DNA of 63,910 nucleotides, filler included, from Octopus bimaculoides (taxonomy: Eukaryota): assembly GCF_001194135.2 (NCBI RefSeq). It is 4 parts of 4 records of this genome, joined end to end, with 100 filler letters (N's around TTAATTAATTAA, not from the genome) between each part and the next. Parts side by side here need not be neighbours in the genome. Positions count along the whole stretch, not along the records: positions 21,327 to 39,271 come from NC_068990.1; 3 more parts are not named here. One strand, written 5' to 3'. The notes under the pieces are model-generated. The model made no database searches and was not told the DNA's origin. It was given only the letters and a program-made list of their open reading frames with translations. Positions within the stretch are counted from its first letter, which is position 1. Each line of letters starts with the position of its first letter. This document shows positions 22,665 to 35,557 of the stretch, in pieces. The translations under genes and the position numbers were made by a program.

Positions 22665-25490
22665 AGGCGGCCGGCTAGTAGACTCGTTAGCACCCAGGCG
22701 AAAGGCTTAGCGTTCTGAGTTCAAATTCTGCCAAGGTCGACTTAGCCTTTCACCCTTGACGGTCGATAAGCTAAGTACTATTTGATTACGAGGGTCGATG
22801 TAATCGATTTGTCCTCACCCCCGAAATTGCCGGCATTGTGTCAAAATTTGAAATCAGTATTATTCTTCTGCCTATATTGTCTTCAAGTACTTATGCAATG
22901 AAGGATCTAAATTTGGAGTAGAAATCGAAGCTAAAATCTAAATATTTAATTTATTGAAACAAGAAATCGAGTTCCAGATGTCTATTTGCTTGGGAAATTA
23001 TTTTGTGAGATCACGTGTTAAAACTAAAACAACTGTTGCATACAAGACACAAATTAGCAATTCAGAAAGATTGTTAAATTCGCTTAAAATTTATTATTCA
23101 GTGCCGAAATTTTCCTCGCTTCGACTGCAACCTGGTTACTGATCCGGTTCTGCTGTAAGAAGAAAATCGAAGATGTAATCAATGCTCTTTAAAGAATGAT
23201 TTCTGTTTTAGACATGAGGCCGGCAGTATTTGAGGTGGTTAATCAATGCAATCGAACCTAGTACTTGACTATTAATTAATGTTATAGACCCCCGGAGGAA
23301 TGAAATGCAAAGGTGAATTCATACCAGTTGAACACTGGGGTTGATGTAATCTAATTAAACCCTCTTCCGAAATTACTACACTTGAATCAAAATGTGAAAC
23401 TATTATTTTTATCTATATCAGGCAGTGAACTTTACGTTATGAGTTCAAATTCCTTTACGTTCTGAGTTCAAATTCCTTTACGTTCTGAGTTCAAATTCCA
23501 CCGAGGTCGCCTTTGCCTTTATCAGAGTCGATACCAGTTGAACAATGGGGTCGATGTAATCGATTTAGCCTCCTCTCCACCGATATTGCTTGCCTTGTTC
23601 CGAAATTTGAAATCAGCATTTAGTAAACAATATGGTGGTGAGCTGAATGAATCGTTAAGATGGCGGACAAAATGCTTGGCGGTATTTAGCCCGTCTTTAT
23701 GTTCCATCGAGATCGTTATAGCGTTTTTTTTATGCTTTCAGAGTCGATAATACAAAGATCCGTTGAGCACCGGCTCGATGTAATCCACTTGGCCTCTCAC
23801 CCAAATTTGTAGGCTTTATGTCCATAATAGAAAGGATTGCAAATTATAATTAAGGTAGCTAGCTGGCAGAAGCGTTAGGGAACCTGACAAAATTCTTAAT
23901 TGTATTTCGTCCCTTTTTCCGTTCTGAGTTCAAATACCATCGGCTTTGACTTCCATCCTTTCGGGGTTGATAAAATCAGCATTTATTGTGTATTGGGGTG
24001 AATAGAATCGTCTTCCATCTACTCTGAAAAGCTGTTGGCCGTACGCCAAAATTTAGACCTGCTATTTATTACGCCTGTCTTTATGTCCTGGGTTCGAATT
24101 CCATGGATGTCAACTTCGCCTTTTATCCTTTCAAGGTCGATAAATGTCAATTACTGGCTTCAAATTTGAAGCATTTTTGCCTATAGTAGAAACAATTGTT
24201 TTTATCTTGTCCTAAGTGCATCCTAACAGAGCAAAACTTTAAACATATCCCTATTACTCACAAGCAGCATAGAGCTTTGCCTCTCATCATTTGTCTTACT
24301 CTAAGTCAACAAGCTGGCAGTCTCGTTAGCACGCCGGACGAAATACTTAGCGGTATTACGGCTGCCGATACGTTCTGAATTCAAAATTCCGCTGAGTTTG
24401 ACTTTGCTTTTTATCATTTCGAGGTCGATAAATTCAGTACTGGCCAAGTATTGGGATCTTCTAAAAAGTTTGTGTTAGAGGAACAGAAACAACAATGACA
24501 TCTTAAATATTATTTTGGTGAAAGGACCCCATGCCAGTTACTTACAAGGTAATCTAATTCAACTTGTCTTGATGTTTCTCCAAGGAAAATAAAAGAATTA
24601 CTGTAAGAAATAATGACCTACACAGTGTTCGAATTGTTCGAAACAGCCATATCAGTCTTACTCAGATTATACCCTCTAGCTTTGAACATGGAGAAATAGA
24701 TGCTATAATTCAAAATTAGACAAATATTGATTTCAAATTTTGGTAAAAGGCCAGGAAATTCAGGGGAAGGGGTAAATCGTTGACATCGACCCTAGTGCTT
24801 CACTGGTACTTATTTTATCGACCCCAACAGGATAAGTTGACCTCGGCGGAATTTGAACTCAGAACGTAAAGACGGACGAAATACCGCTAAGTATTTCCTC
24901 CGGCCTGATAATGATTCTGCCAGCTCGCCGCCTTAGAATTAGATAAATGATCCTTTCTACTAAAAGCGCAAGGCCTGAAATTTGGAGGGAGGGGACTAGT
25001 CAATTACATCGACCCCAGTGTTTCATTGGTACTTAATTTATCGATCCCGAAAAGATGAAAGGCAAAGTCAATCTCGGTGGTATTTGAACTCCGAACGTAA
25101 TATCGCTCAGTATGTTGCTCGGTCTGCTGATGATTCTGCCAGCTCACTGCTTTATATAGTTAAAAATAAGGGTTTCAAATGTTGACACAAGTCCAGTAAT
25201 ATCGGGGGAGGTACTAAGTAGACTACATTGGCCCCAATACTCAAATGGTACGAATTCACCTTGCGTGCTAACGATTGTGCCAGCTTGTCGCTTCAGAATT
25301 AAACAAATAGACCTGAAATTTTGCAGGAGGAGACTAGTTAATTACATCGACTTCAGTGTCTCACCCTGAAAGGATAAAATGAAAAGTCAAACTCGGTGGA
25401 ACTTGAACTCAGAAAGAGACGAAATACCGTGCAGCATTTCGTCCAGTGAGCTAACGATTCTGCCAGCTCACTGCTTCAGAATCAGGCAAG
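22663..25490. mobile_element. Cluster of ~10 diverged family C-type SINEs
   Basis: Recurrent gttctgagttcaaattc and catcctttcggggtcgataa motifs; mostly plus copies 22663-24450, minus copies 24730-25490. Confidence 0.85.
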
Positions 25491-25621
25491 TAATGAGAGA
25501 CAAAACTATGCGTTGCTTGTGGGTAAAACAGATATGTTTAAAGCTTTGCTCTGGTAGGAAATACTTGGGACAAGAAAACAACAACAAACATATTTAAAGA
25601 GAATAGTATTAAAACAGAATA

Positions 25622-26124
25622 ACAGGTGTGGCTGTGTGGTACGTAGCTTGCTTACCAATCACATTGTTCCGGGTTCTGTTCTACTGCGTTGCACTTTGGG
25701 CGAGTGTCTTCTACTATAGACTTGGACCGACCAAAGCCTTGTGAGTGGATATAGCAGACGGAAACTGAAAGAAGCGCATCGTAGATATATATATGTATGT
25801 ATATATATATACATATGTTTGTGTCTGTTTTTGTCCACCAGCCATCGCTTGACAACCAATGTTGGTGTGCTTACATCCCTGTAATCTAGTGGTTCGGCAA
25901 AAGAGCCAGATAGAAGTACTAGGTTTACATTGAATAAATCCTGGTCAATTTGTTCAACTACAAGCAGTGGTCCACCATGGCCACAGACAATTAAAATAAT
26001 AAAAGAATAAATAATAGTGATTAAGGAATTTACATTGCAGCCACGTAGTTCGGGTTCAGTCCCAGGCCAAAGCCTTATGAGATTATTTGGCCGACGGAAA
26101 CTGTTTGGAAGCCTGTGGCATATA

Positions 26125-26164
<40 letters not shown>

Positions 26165-26400
26165 CTGTGTGTGTGTATGTATGTGTCTGTTTGTGTTGGA
26201 CTTCTAGTAGCGTTTGAAAGCCGGTGTTGGCTTGTTCACGACCCTATGACTTAGCATTTCAGGAAAGAAAGCGATAGTATAAGTACCAGGTTTGGAACTA
26301 AGCAGATGGATCAATATGTTCGACTTAACACTTCAAGGCCGTGCTCAGTTACGACCGTAATCAAATAAGTGAAACAAGTAAAACATAAAAGTTCCAGAAT
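25622..26400 (+). mobile_element. Two tandem family D SINEs (~25622-26010, ~26030-26400)
   Basis: Each has head, internal microsatellite and 3' body. Confidence 0.8.
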
Positions 26401-26492
26401 ATTTTTCAATGTTGCAAAATATCCAATCATCTATCACTAATTACCTCCCCTTCTTTTCCCAGTGTTCTCTGTTATTTACTCTCACTCAAAGT

Positions 26493-26891
26493 GGAGGCGC
26501 AATGGCCCAGTGTTTAGGGCAGCGGACTCGTGGTCATAGGATCGCAGTTTCGATTCCCAGACCGGGCGTTGTGAGTGTTTATTGAGCGAAAACACCTAAA
26601 TGCTCCACGATGCTCCGGCAGGGGATGGTGGCGAACCCTGCTGTACTCTTTCAACAGAAACAGAATTTTCTTTCACTCTTACTTCCTGTTTCTGTTGTGC
26701 CTGTAATTCAAAGGGTCAGCCTTGTCACACTCTGTGTCACACTGAATATCTCCGAGAACTACGTTAAGAGTACACGTGTCTGTGGAGTGCTCAGCCACTT
26801 GCACGTTAATTTCACGAGCAGGCTGTTCCGTTGATCGGATCAACAGGAACCATCGACGTCGTTAGCGACAGAGTGCCATCAGCAACAACTT
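26493..26891 (+). mobile_element. Family A tRNA-derived SINE, full length
   Basis: ggaggcgcaatggcccagtg...gtttcgattccc head; 10-bp TSD tcactcaaag (26482-26491, 26892-26901). Confidence 0.92.
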
Positions 26892-27349
26892 TCACTCAAA
26901 GACTGCTGTTTAGTTATCTCCCTTGTGCTTCATCTTTATTCCTGCTGGGGTTTTTGGTTTTTTTTTTTGTTTTTTGTTTTTTATATCTTTCAACTTCAGC
27001 TACTTTTCACATTCACCTTTTCTGTAATTTCAAATAATTCCTCAATAATCAGTGCCACAGCTGTTACAGATGTTTTTTAATGCTTTCCTTCTTACTTCTT
27101 TCCCTCCTTTCTTTCTTTTTGTTTTTTTAATTCTTTCAATCCACCCCTCTCGACCACTCTCTTGCCGTATCGCTTTAAAATATATCGTTACTCATACAAA
27201 TTTCACACATTTTCGCACCTACAGGTCTCTCGCCGTCTCTCCTTCCCTCTCCTCTCCCCTCTCTCTATCAAAACACGCAATATCACATCTTTATTCGCAC
27301 ACTCTCCTGCCATCTTTCTCAAACATATTACAATCTCAGCCGTGCTTTC

Positions 27350-27406
27350 TCTCTCTCCCATTCTCTCTCTCCCTGTCAATCTCTCTCTCTGTCTCTCACT
27401 ATCTAA

Positions 27407-27458
<52 letters not shown>

Positions 27459-27533
27459 CTGTTTGACTATCTGTCTTTCTGATTGTCTTTCAGTTGTCTG
27501 TCTATCAATCTATCTCTGTAACACTCTTTCTGT

Positions 27534-27570
<37 letters not shown>

Positions 27571-27604
27571 GATCATTGTTTACCCCGTCTCTCTCTCATA
27601 CAGA

Positions 27605-27647
<43 letters not shown>

Positions 27648-27953
27648 GCGCATATTTACTTCTGCAAAATGATATCGTCACATTTTTATGCATGAATATA
27701 AAAATCAGAGAATAAAAACTTACTCTTATACTAATACTCTGCACGCACATACATACACACACACACATGCACACACACACGGACACACACACACATGTTT
27801 ATACATCACGCATACGTACACACACACACACACACACCGATACACACGACCAGTCAGGCATATATACACACATTCTCGTACTGATATATTTGTAGATCAA
27901 TGGAGCCATACACTCACTGACACTATATACATAAAATAAATACGCAACAGTAC

Positions 27954-28011
<58 letters not shown>

Positions 28012-28129
28012 GTGTGTATGTGTCTGTGTGTGTGTGTGCACGCGCGCGTGTGTATGTATGTGTATATGTATATATATATAATATATATATATATATGTAT
28101 ACATACATATATATATATATGTATTTATG

Positions 28130-28177
<48 letters not shown>

Positions 28178-28348
28178 TATGTATGCATGTATATATCCAT
28201 ATAAATATATGTATATATATATATAATACACACACACACACACATATATATACACTCATACATACACATCCTCGCACATATAAATACATACTTACAAACA
28301 CAATTCTCCCCGATAAGCATGTTTTTCTTTCCGTCTGTCTGTCTGTCT

Positions 28349-28390
<42 letters not shown>

Positions 28391-28510
28391 TTCTATCTCT
28401 CTCTCTCTCCCTCTCTCCATCTCTACTTCTCTCGTATGTCTCTCTGTCCCACTCTTCATCTCTCCGTCTCCCGTATCTCTCCCTCTCTCCTTCTCTCATC
28501 TCTCTCACTC
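27350..28510. repeat. Compound microsatellite field (CT, TATC, CA, TA, TG)
   Basis: Directly visible. Confidence 0.9.
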
Positions 28511-28977
28511 TCTCTCCCAATAAAAATGGCCTCCCATTAATTTCTTTCTTGCTCTTTTTTTTTTTAACCATTCCTAGCTTCCTTCCTTTCCTTTGGTTTT
28601 TGTCGTAACCTATCCTTCACAAATTCCAACGAATACTGATCGATACAAGCATATGAATACAGTTTAATTCGGCGACTCAACCGACTTCCGGATGAGACTG
28701 AATACGCCATTATAGCGCCTAATTGCTGATTTGTGCGTTATGTTATTTCTGTTTGACGATTATTCTTCTCAATTCTCTCGTTTTAATCCTCTTCCCCCAC
28801 CCTATGTCCCCTACCAAATCCAGCCATTTCCACGTCTTCCTATATCCTGTCTTGTCATCTCCTTCAGTCGCTCCTCCCACTTCTACCACTTCTCCAACTT
28901 CTACTCTCTTACACAAGTATATGAACTCACATACAAACATACGCAAGCACATACATACATGTATTTATGTATGTGGT

Positions 28978-29043
<66 letters not shown>

Positions 29044-29165
29044 CTCTCTGTGCCTGCGCTTTTTTTGTTGGTCTTTTTTTCAATAATGACCGAAAGTCGT
29101 TTTGAAAAACCCGGCCACTGGTATCAACTGATTATGATACAAAGCCAAGAAGAATTTAAAAAAAC

Positions 29166-29500
<335 letters not shown>

Positions 29501-29578
29501 GGAGAGGACGATGGCAACGCTTCGGTTAAATAAATAAATGAATGTAAAAAGTATTAAAGTTTGAAAAAACAAAATAAT

Positions 29579-29650
<72 letters not shown>

Positions 29651-29769
29651 AAAGATTTGTATATTGTGTATTTTTGTATGCAGTGATACGGGTTTCGAAT
29701 AGCACTGACAACAATAACAGGAAGGGTAGTAACAGCAAAATATATGGAGCATAACAAACAAGCGTGCCG

Positions 29770-30172
29770 TTGTCAATGATGATGATGACGATGATGATGA
29801 TGGCGGACGATAAAGAGGTAAAGAGGCGGGTGGATCATCAACATAGCCCTCATCATCATCATCGTCATCGTCGTCATCATCAACATCATCATACTCATCA
29901 TCATCGTCATAATTATCATCATCGTCATCGTCATCAACGTCATCATCAACATTATCATACTCATCATTCATAGTCATCGTCATCGTCATCTTCATCATCT
30001 TCATCATCGTCGTCGTCATCATTAGCATCATCATAATCAGCATCATCATCATCATCATCGTCGTCGTCATCATCATCATCATCGCCGTCATCATCATCAC
30101 CGCCGTCATCATCATCATCATCATCATCATCATTATCATCATCATCATCATCATCATCACCGCCATCATCAC

Positions 30173-30206
<34 letters not shown>

Positions 30207-30260
30207 GTCGTCGTCGTCGTAATCATCATCGTCATTGTCGTAGTCGTCGTGTCTTCGTTC
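29770..30260. repeat. Degenerate (CAT/CGT/CAC)n trinucleotide array
   Basis: Directly visible. Confidence 0.95.
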
Positions 30261-30692
30261 TCATCGCCGTCAGCATCGTGGTGAACGTCAGCGTTAAAAA
30301 AAAAATGGTTTTTGCACAAACAGCGAAGATCAATAAGGACTGAAGGAAAATGTGCCATAAGAAACGAAAATCAGGACAAACGAGCGAAATTGGAATAATG
30401 CAGACCGCACAGAGAGCAATAGTGTTTAATAAACAAACAGCAAATGGAAAGAATACGATGTGCGCAAAAGAAAACCATGATTTTCCGTTCTTCATTCTTG
30501 TTGCAGTAACAATTATCTACGTTAGTATAATCTATCAAAATGGAAAGTAATGAGTAGGTATTGTCTAGAAAATTGAGCCCAGTACATGACTGGTATTTGT
30601 TCTCCTTTTTTATATTTTTGCTTTGTCGCTCTTTAGAAGAATTAAACGATCGGACAATGTAACACGAAACAAACTCAAAGTACATACCAAAA

Positions 30693-30757
<65 letters not shown>

Positions 30758-30758
<1 letters not shown>

Positions 30759-31015
30759 GAATGCGAGAGGGTAATGTAAAAGTTACACCAGTGGTGATCG
30801 GATCTTTGGGCTCAATCCCATTGAAATTTCAAGACTTCTTAAGGCAAATGGAAATCCCATGCAAGATTGATGTCTTGCAAAAAGCAGCCTTATTGGGCAC
30901 AGCTCTCATCTAAAGGAAAGTATTATCTGTCTGAAGTCCTTGTTGTCACTTGACAGATGACTAAAGGCTCCGGTGCATTTTTACCTACATTGTGTTACGA
31001 AGGAATAATAATAAT
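30758..31015 (+). mobile_element. R4/Dong-like LINE 3' end between (AAT)n tracts
   Basis: VKVTPVVIGSLGSIP...LQKAALLGTALI*RKVLSV; preceded by a long (AAT)n and ends in a short (AAT)n. Confidence 0.8.
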
Positions 31016-31225
31016 GGTTTCAAATTTTGCCACAAGGGCAGCAATTTTGAGGGAGGCGCTGAGTCGATTGCACCGGCTCCAGTGTTTAACTGGTACTTAT
31101 TTTATTGATTACGAACGGATGAAAGGCAAAGTCAACCTCGGCAGAATTTAAACGCAGAACCTTGTGATAGACGAATTACCGCTAAGCATATCACCCGGCA
31201 TGCAAACGATTCTGCCAGCAAGATG
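31016..31225 (-). mobile_element. Family C-type SINE
   Basis: ctggtacttattttattga...gaaaggcaaagtcaacctcggcagaattt. Confidence 0.8.
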
Positions 31226-31229
31226 TAAT

Positions 31230-31554
31230 TTCAATAATGTGGACTATGAAGACATTGTCTGTCATTCAAGTAGTTGTAGGATCAATCGGAACATTAACAA
31301 CCAAGTTCTAGAAATATGCCAGAGAAAACGGAATTGACTTGAGAGCGGAGCGAGCCCCAAAAATTGCTCTCCTGGGGACAGCCAGGATTTTGAGATTGGT
31401 ACTTGGATGTTGAATGTCTCCCACGATTATTATCAAAGCTTATAATGTGCTGAAAGAAACCCTGTGGTACCTGTGACTGCAGGCTGGTGTCTGCTCTCAC
31501 AGAACCAGCTAGAGCAACCAAGACTGAGCGCTCTGAGAAATAGAACGACAACAC

Positions 31555-31616
<62 letters not shown>

Positions 31617-31617
31617 T
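31230..31617 (+). mobile_element. Second R4/Dong-like LINE 3' end with 3' UTR and (TAA)n tail
   Basis: MWTMKTLSVIQVVVGSIGTL...KIALLGTARILRLVLGC*, then ~20 TAA units. Confidence 0.8.
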
Positions 31618-31618
31618 G

Positions 31619-31715
31619 CAGTACCATGCCCGAATGCAGTACCAGGCAGTGACTCTCATGGTTTCTGATCTTAATTGATTGGAAGTGTTATCATGTACAT
31701 TGTTGTGTGCCGCCT
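31619..31715 (+). mobile_element. (TAA)n-associated repeat, short copy
   Basis: Matches 38990-39070 (gcagtaccaggcagtg...gtgttatcatgtacattgtt). Confidence 0.8.
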
Positions 31716-31890
31716 TCTTGCACGCCGCAGACTATGACAACAGCCTTAATAGAGCGGCACAGTATATTCACTGGGTAATTTGCAGGGTTCTGGACCGATA
31801 CCATGATAAAAATTTGGAAGAACAACACCACTCACAGTGCCTGAAAATCGTCATATCTCACTCCTATGGAACTATTCTCTTTAAACTTCT
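31716..31890 (+). mobile_element. R4/Dong-like fragment (region after the zinc knuckle)
   Basis: NRAAQYIHWVICRVLD matches the RH(D/N)...IHW.IC motif. Confidence 0.65.
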
Positions 31891-31931
31891 TTCTTTTTTT
31901 CTTTCTTTCTTTCTCCCCCTCTCTCTATGTA

Positions 31932-31979
<48 letters not shown>

Positions 31980-31980
<1 letters not shown>

Positions 31981-32400
31981 GAGAGGTTTTGGTATACAGA
32001 AGGCCCAAACTGGCAGATAAAGCTATGTAAATGCTACGGAAAGGCCTTAGTTAGACTACAAGATCCCTTTGAAGGACCGTAGTTACATTACAAGACCCCT
32101 TTGTATGAACAGCACATGTAATTTATGTCTCTACACTAACCTTTTGAAATAACAAAGTATGAACTCCTATCGGATTCTATATACCATGGACAAGAAGCCT
32201 TTCTACCCATTCTACATAGCACTTTGTAACATCGAACATATTCTTATTTTTATTCTCTTGTTTCCCTTTATACTACCTATATCTCCTCCTTTCCAAAATA
32301 ACTTCTTACATTGAACTCTATTTTCCCCCCTCTATTTAACACTCTCATATCATCTCTGATGAAGGGATATTCCTCATATCCCTGAAACAGGTGTAAGACT
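31980..32400 (+). mobile_element. Penelope-like element 3' remnant (degenerate GIY-YIG C-terminus and terminal repeat)
   Basis: Frame from 32021 reads YVNATE..*.DYKI...TRPLCMNSTCNLCL (CxLC motif), then a pyrimidine-rich stretch and a hammerhead motif. Confidence 0.6.
32353..32398 (+). ncRNA. Minimal type I hammerhead ribozyme (Penelope-type)
   Basis: TCT-CTGATGA-AGGGATAT[TCCTC]ATATCCCT-GAAA-CAGGTGT-A-AGA: intact core, perfect 8-bp stem II, 3-bp stem I, near-palindromic stem III, GUA cleavage triplet. Confidence 0.8.
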
Positions 32401-32486
32401 ACCTTCCTTTTTATAAATGTCCTAGAAATTTCGCGATGCTTTGACTTTGTTGTCTCATTTTATTTAGCACCTCCCCACACACATAC

Positions 32487-32596
32487 TTCTTTTTATTAGG
32501 ATCCCGTATAGATCTTTTTGTAATAAAAGAATAATAACGCCTCAAGGACTTCATATGCTTTGCCACAATTAGGATTAGCAGTTTTAAGCAGCTCAT
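32487..32596 (-). other. Candidate exon
   Basis: Acceptor cctatttccttttgtatctgttattgcag| and donor AAGAA|gtatgt; 110 nt; begins with ATG (MSCLKLLILIVAKHMKSLRRYYSFITKRSIRDPNKK). Confidence 0.35.
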
Positions 32597-33479
32597 CTGC
32601 AATAACAGATACAAAAGGAAATAGGATAAAGATGAAGTCTGTAGATTTCGTCCTGAAGTATATTATTTACGAAGCACACAATGTCATTATTTTCTTTTAC
32701 AACAGTTGATAGGTAAAAAACATTGCCCCGAGAAGCTGCCATCGCTGCAAGAATATCTGTGTATATATTTTCTGCTGGCCAACCAAACACTACATGCATG
32801 GGCTGACAAATTTTTGGTTTCAAGCATTTCCATCATTCCTTAATAAATTTTCTAACAATCATTTCTAAGAAGGGCGCTAACGATAAAGCAATTTGCAATT
32901 TCTATTATTAGGAAAGTTCCTAGCAAGCAACTAAACGCCTTTTGGCAGCCTAAATGTCAAACTATGCTATGAACATTTTTGTAAATGTAACATACAGGTA
33001 AATATTTACTGAAAGTGGAAAACACTGAAATAGGTTGCTGAATAAAATTATTTGCTTCATCTATTCCTAGTCAAATGCAAATGTTTAGAATAATGAGGAT
33101 CATAGACTAAAAAAGTATGCACAATTTCATTCTAAAGTCTTTCGTCTGTCGATGCTAGAACAGGTATTATTCGTTTAAAATACCTTTATGATTTTTGAAA
33201 CTAATAACATGCACAGACAAATTAGTTTTAAGACACTTATATTCATATGATTCGTCAGGCAATAATTAACGTGTATTGTGATTCTTTTAAAGATGTCCTG
33301 AAACTTCTCAAAGACAGAGAATAACATTCATAATGGAACTCATGTAATGTCTTATAAGTAACTTAACATGTTTAAGTACGCTCCGTTTACTGCAACATGT
33401 TTTAAAATAAATTTCTTCTTCTTTGCACGCAGTATTTAATTTCATGCTGCTTTTTTTATTCACATTATTCTTTTATTCC

Positions 33480-33635
33480 TTTACTTGTTTGAGTCATTTG
33501 ATTTCGGCCATGCTGGAGCACTGCTTTACAAGATTTTTAGTCGAAGAAGTAGATCTCAGGACATATTCTTTGCAAGCCTAGTACTTATGTTATCGATTTC
33601 TTTTGCTGAACCGCTAGGGTCGGGTACGTAAACAC
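33480..33635 (-). mobile_element. Family D SINE 3' fragment
   Basis: ttttacttgtttgagtcatttgatttcggccatgctggagcac. Confidence 0.75.
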
Positions 33636-34876
33636 ACAAATCAAGAGAATGGGGAGGGTGATCAACTAGTTCAAAGCCACAGTTACTCACAGCAGCCATT
33701 GGAACCAAGGATTTGTGTGTTGGAGAATTATCCTGATGAAACAGGAACCCTTTTTTCAGTTTTCCTGGGTGTTTGGTCTTGATAATCTTTCGTAACTGCC
33801 TCAGCAAATTGGCATGATACTCCCCATTGATGGTGTGACCCTTCTGAAGATTGTCAATAAACACGATGTCTTTAGTATACATAAAAAAACAAAATGGGTC
33901 CATTACTTTCCCTGTAGATGAAACGACTTTGACCTTGTTTTGGAGTAGGTGGCGAGAGTTTTTTTCCACTGCATGGATTGTCTGTCTCTGTGTCTTTGAC
34001 TCAAGCGATGACACCATCACTGATCCTGGGTAAGGAAACGTTTAAGGAAACCAGCTGGATCTGCTTCACACAATGTCAGATTTTCCCGTGATGTGATCAG
34101 TCTGGTGTACCTTTGATCAGGTGTCAGAAGACGTGGCATCCACCGAGCAAAAACCTTCGTCAAAGGCAGCGAGGTGGCAGAAACTTTGGCACGCCGGGCG
34201 AAATGCTTAGCGGTATTTCGTCTGCCGTTATGTTCTGAGTTCAAATTCCGCCGAGGTCGACTTTGCCGTTCATCCTTTCGGGGTCGATAAATTAAGTATC
34301 AGTTACGCGCAGGGGTCAATGTAATAGACTTAATTCATTTGTCTGTCCTTGTTTGTCCCCTCTAAGATTCGCCTATTGTGGGCAATAAAGAGATATGAAA
34401 CCTTTGTCATTCCAAGTTCATTGTGCAGAATGTTCTCTACTCTCTCACAGGTTATGCTAACGGCATCAGCCATTTGATTTATAATCAATTGCCTGTTATC
34501 CATCACCATGTGGTGAACATGATCAATGTTAGCAGTTGCGGGACGTCTACACCTTGGGTAGTCTTCAAGACTCTTCTCCTAAATTCAGCTGTCCACTCTT
34601 TCACTGCTAATAAAACTGCATGTGTGTATGAATATTCTGGGGAGCTAAAACATTTTTTCTGCAGGTAGTTGATAACACCACGACGCCAAATTTTGTCGAT
34701 TTTCAAGAGAACTCATTACTAGTTACATTTGAAGCCGTCCTTGAACAGTCAGATGCAAGCTTACTTGGAAAAAATTAAAGCAATTATTAATAAGTGAAGT
34801 TGAAATTAATACATGCAAGATTTCACAACTCTAGCATCACTCCTTCATAGTCAGCCTATTTAAGCCCACCCTCGTA
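33636..34876 (-). mobile_element. Degenerate mariner transposon (5' TIR to the YSPDL-like motif), 3'-truncated
   Basis: TA-cgagggtgggcttaaatag terminus ending at 34876; MKIDKIWRRGVINYLQKK N-terminus; WMPRLLT motif; HQDNSPTH...DHPPHSLDL catalytic region; many frameshifts. Confidence 0.9.
34163..34397 (+). mobile_element. Family C SINE inserted in the mariner ORF
   Basis: TSD aaaccttcgtca / aaacctttgtca (34151-34162, 34398-34409). Confidence 0.9.
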
Positions 34877-35097
34877 TCTACCACGTATTTCACTATTTTG
34901 CTAATGACAAATAGAGAAGGCGAAAGAAAGGAAAAGAAAGAAAATGTAAGAAAGTGAGTGAGAGAGAAAGAAAGCAAAATGGCGTTCATATTTTCACTCT
35001 TCGGTGTATATCTTTGAATTTCATATACATCAGTCATTTTTACTCGGAGAAAATAAAACAACATGGATGCCTGATAGCTGCTGCTGCTTGTCGGTTT

Positions 35098-35100
35098 TGC

Positions 35101-35131
<31 letters not shown>

Positions 35132-35174
35132 CTTCTTCTTCTTCTTCTTCTTCTTCTTCTTCTTCTTCTTCTTC

Positions 35175-35235
<61 letters not shown>

Positions 35236-35355
35236 CCTTGTTGTTGTTCTTCTTCTTTGTCCTCTTCTTCTTCCTTCTATCTTCCTCCTCTTCCTTATCT
35301 TCCTCCTCTTCCTTATCCTCTTCCTCTTCCTTATCCTCCTCCTCTTCCTTATCCT
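35098..35355. repeat. Compound (TGT)n-(TCT)n-(TCA)n array plus ~4 copies of an 18-bp unit (tcttcctcctcttcctta)
   Basis: Directly visible. Confidence 0.9.
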
Positions 35356-35501
35356 CCTCCTTCATCTTCACTGATAATCACTTGAATTATTAACTTCTAA
35401 TCATTAAAACTCCAATCAGTCGCACTTACCACAAACACTAGTGTGCGACAAACAAATATTTATCTTCTGTTTATGAGTATATGTGTGTGTCTGTATGTGT
35501 G

Positions 35502-35557
<56 letters not shown>

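Noticed and set aside
26493-26570. tRNA-like sequence (also 9620-9695 and 48640-48710)
   Set aside because: It is the head of a SINE with body and TSDs; it does not form a complete cloverleaf.
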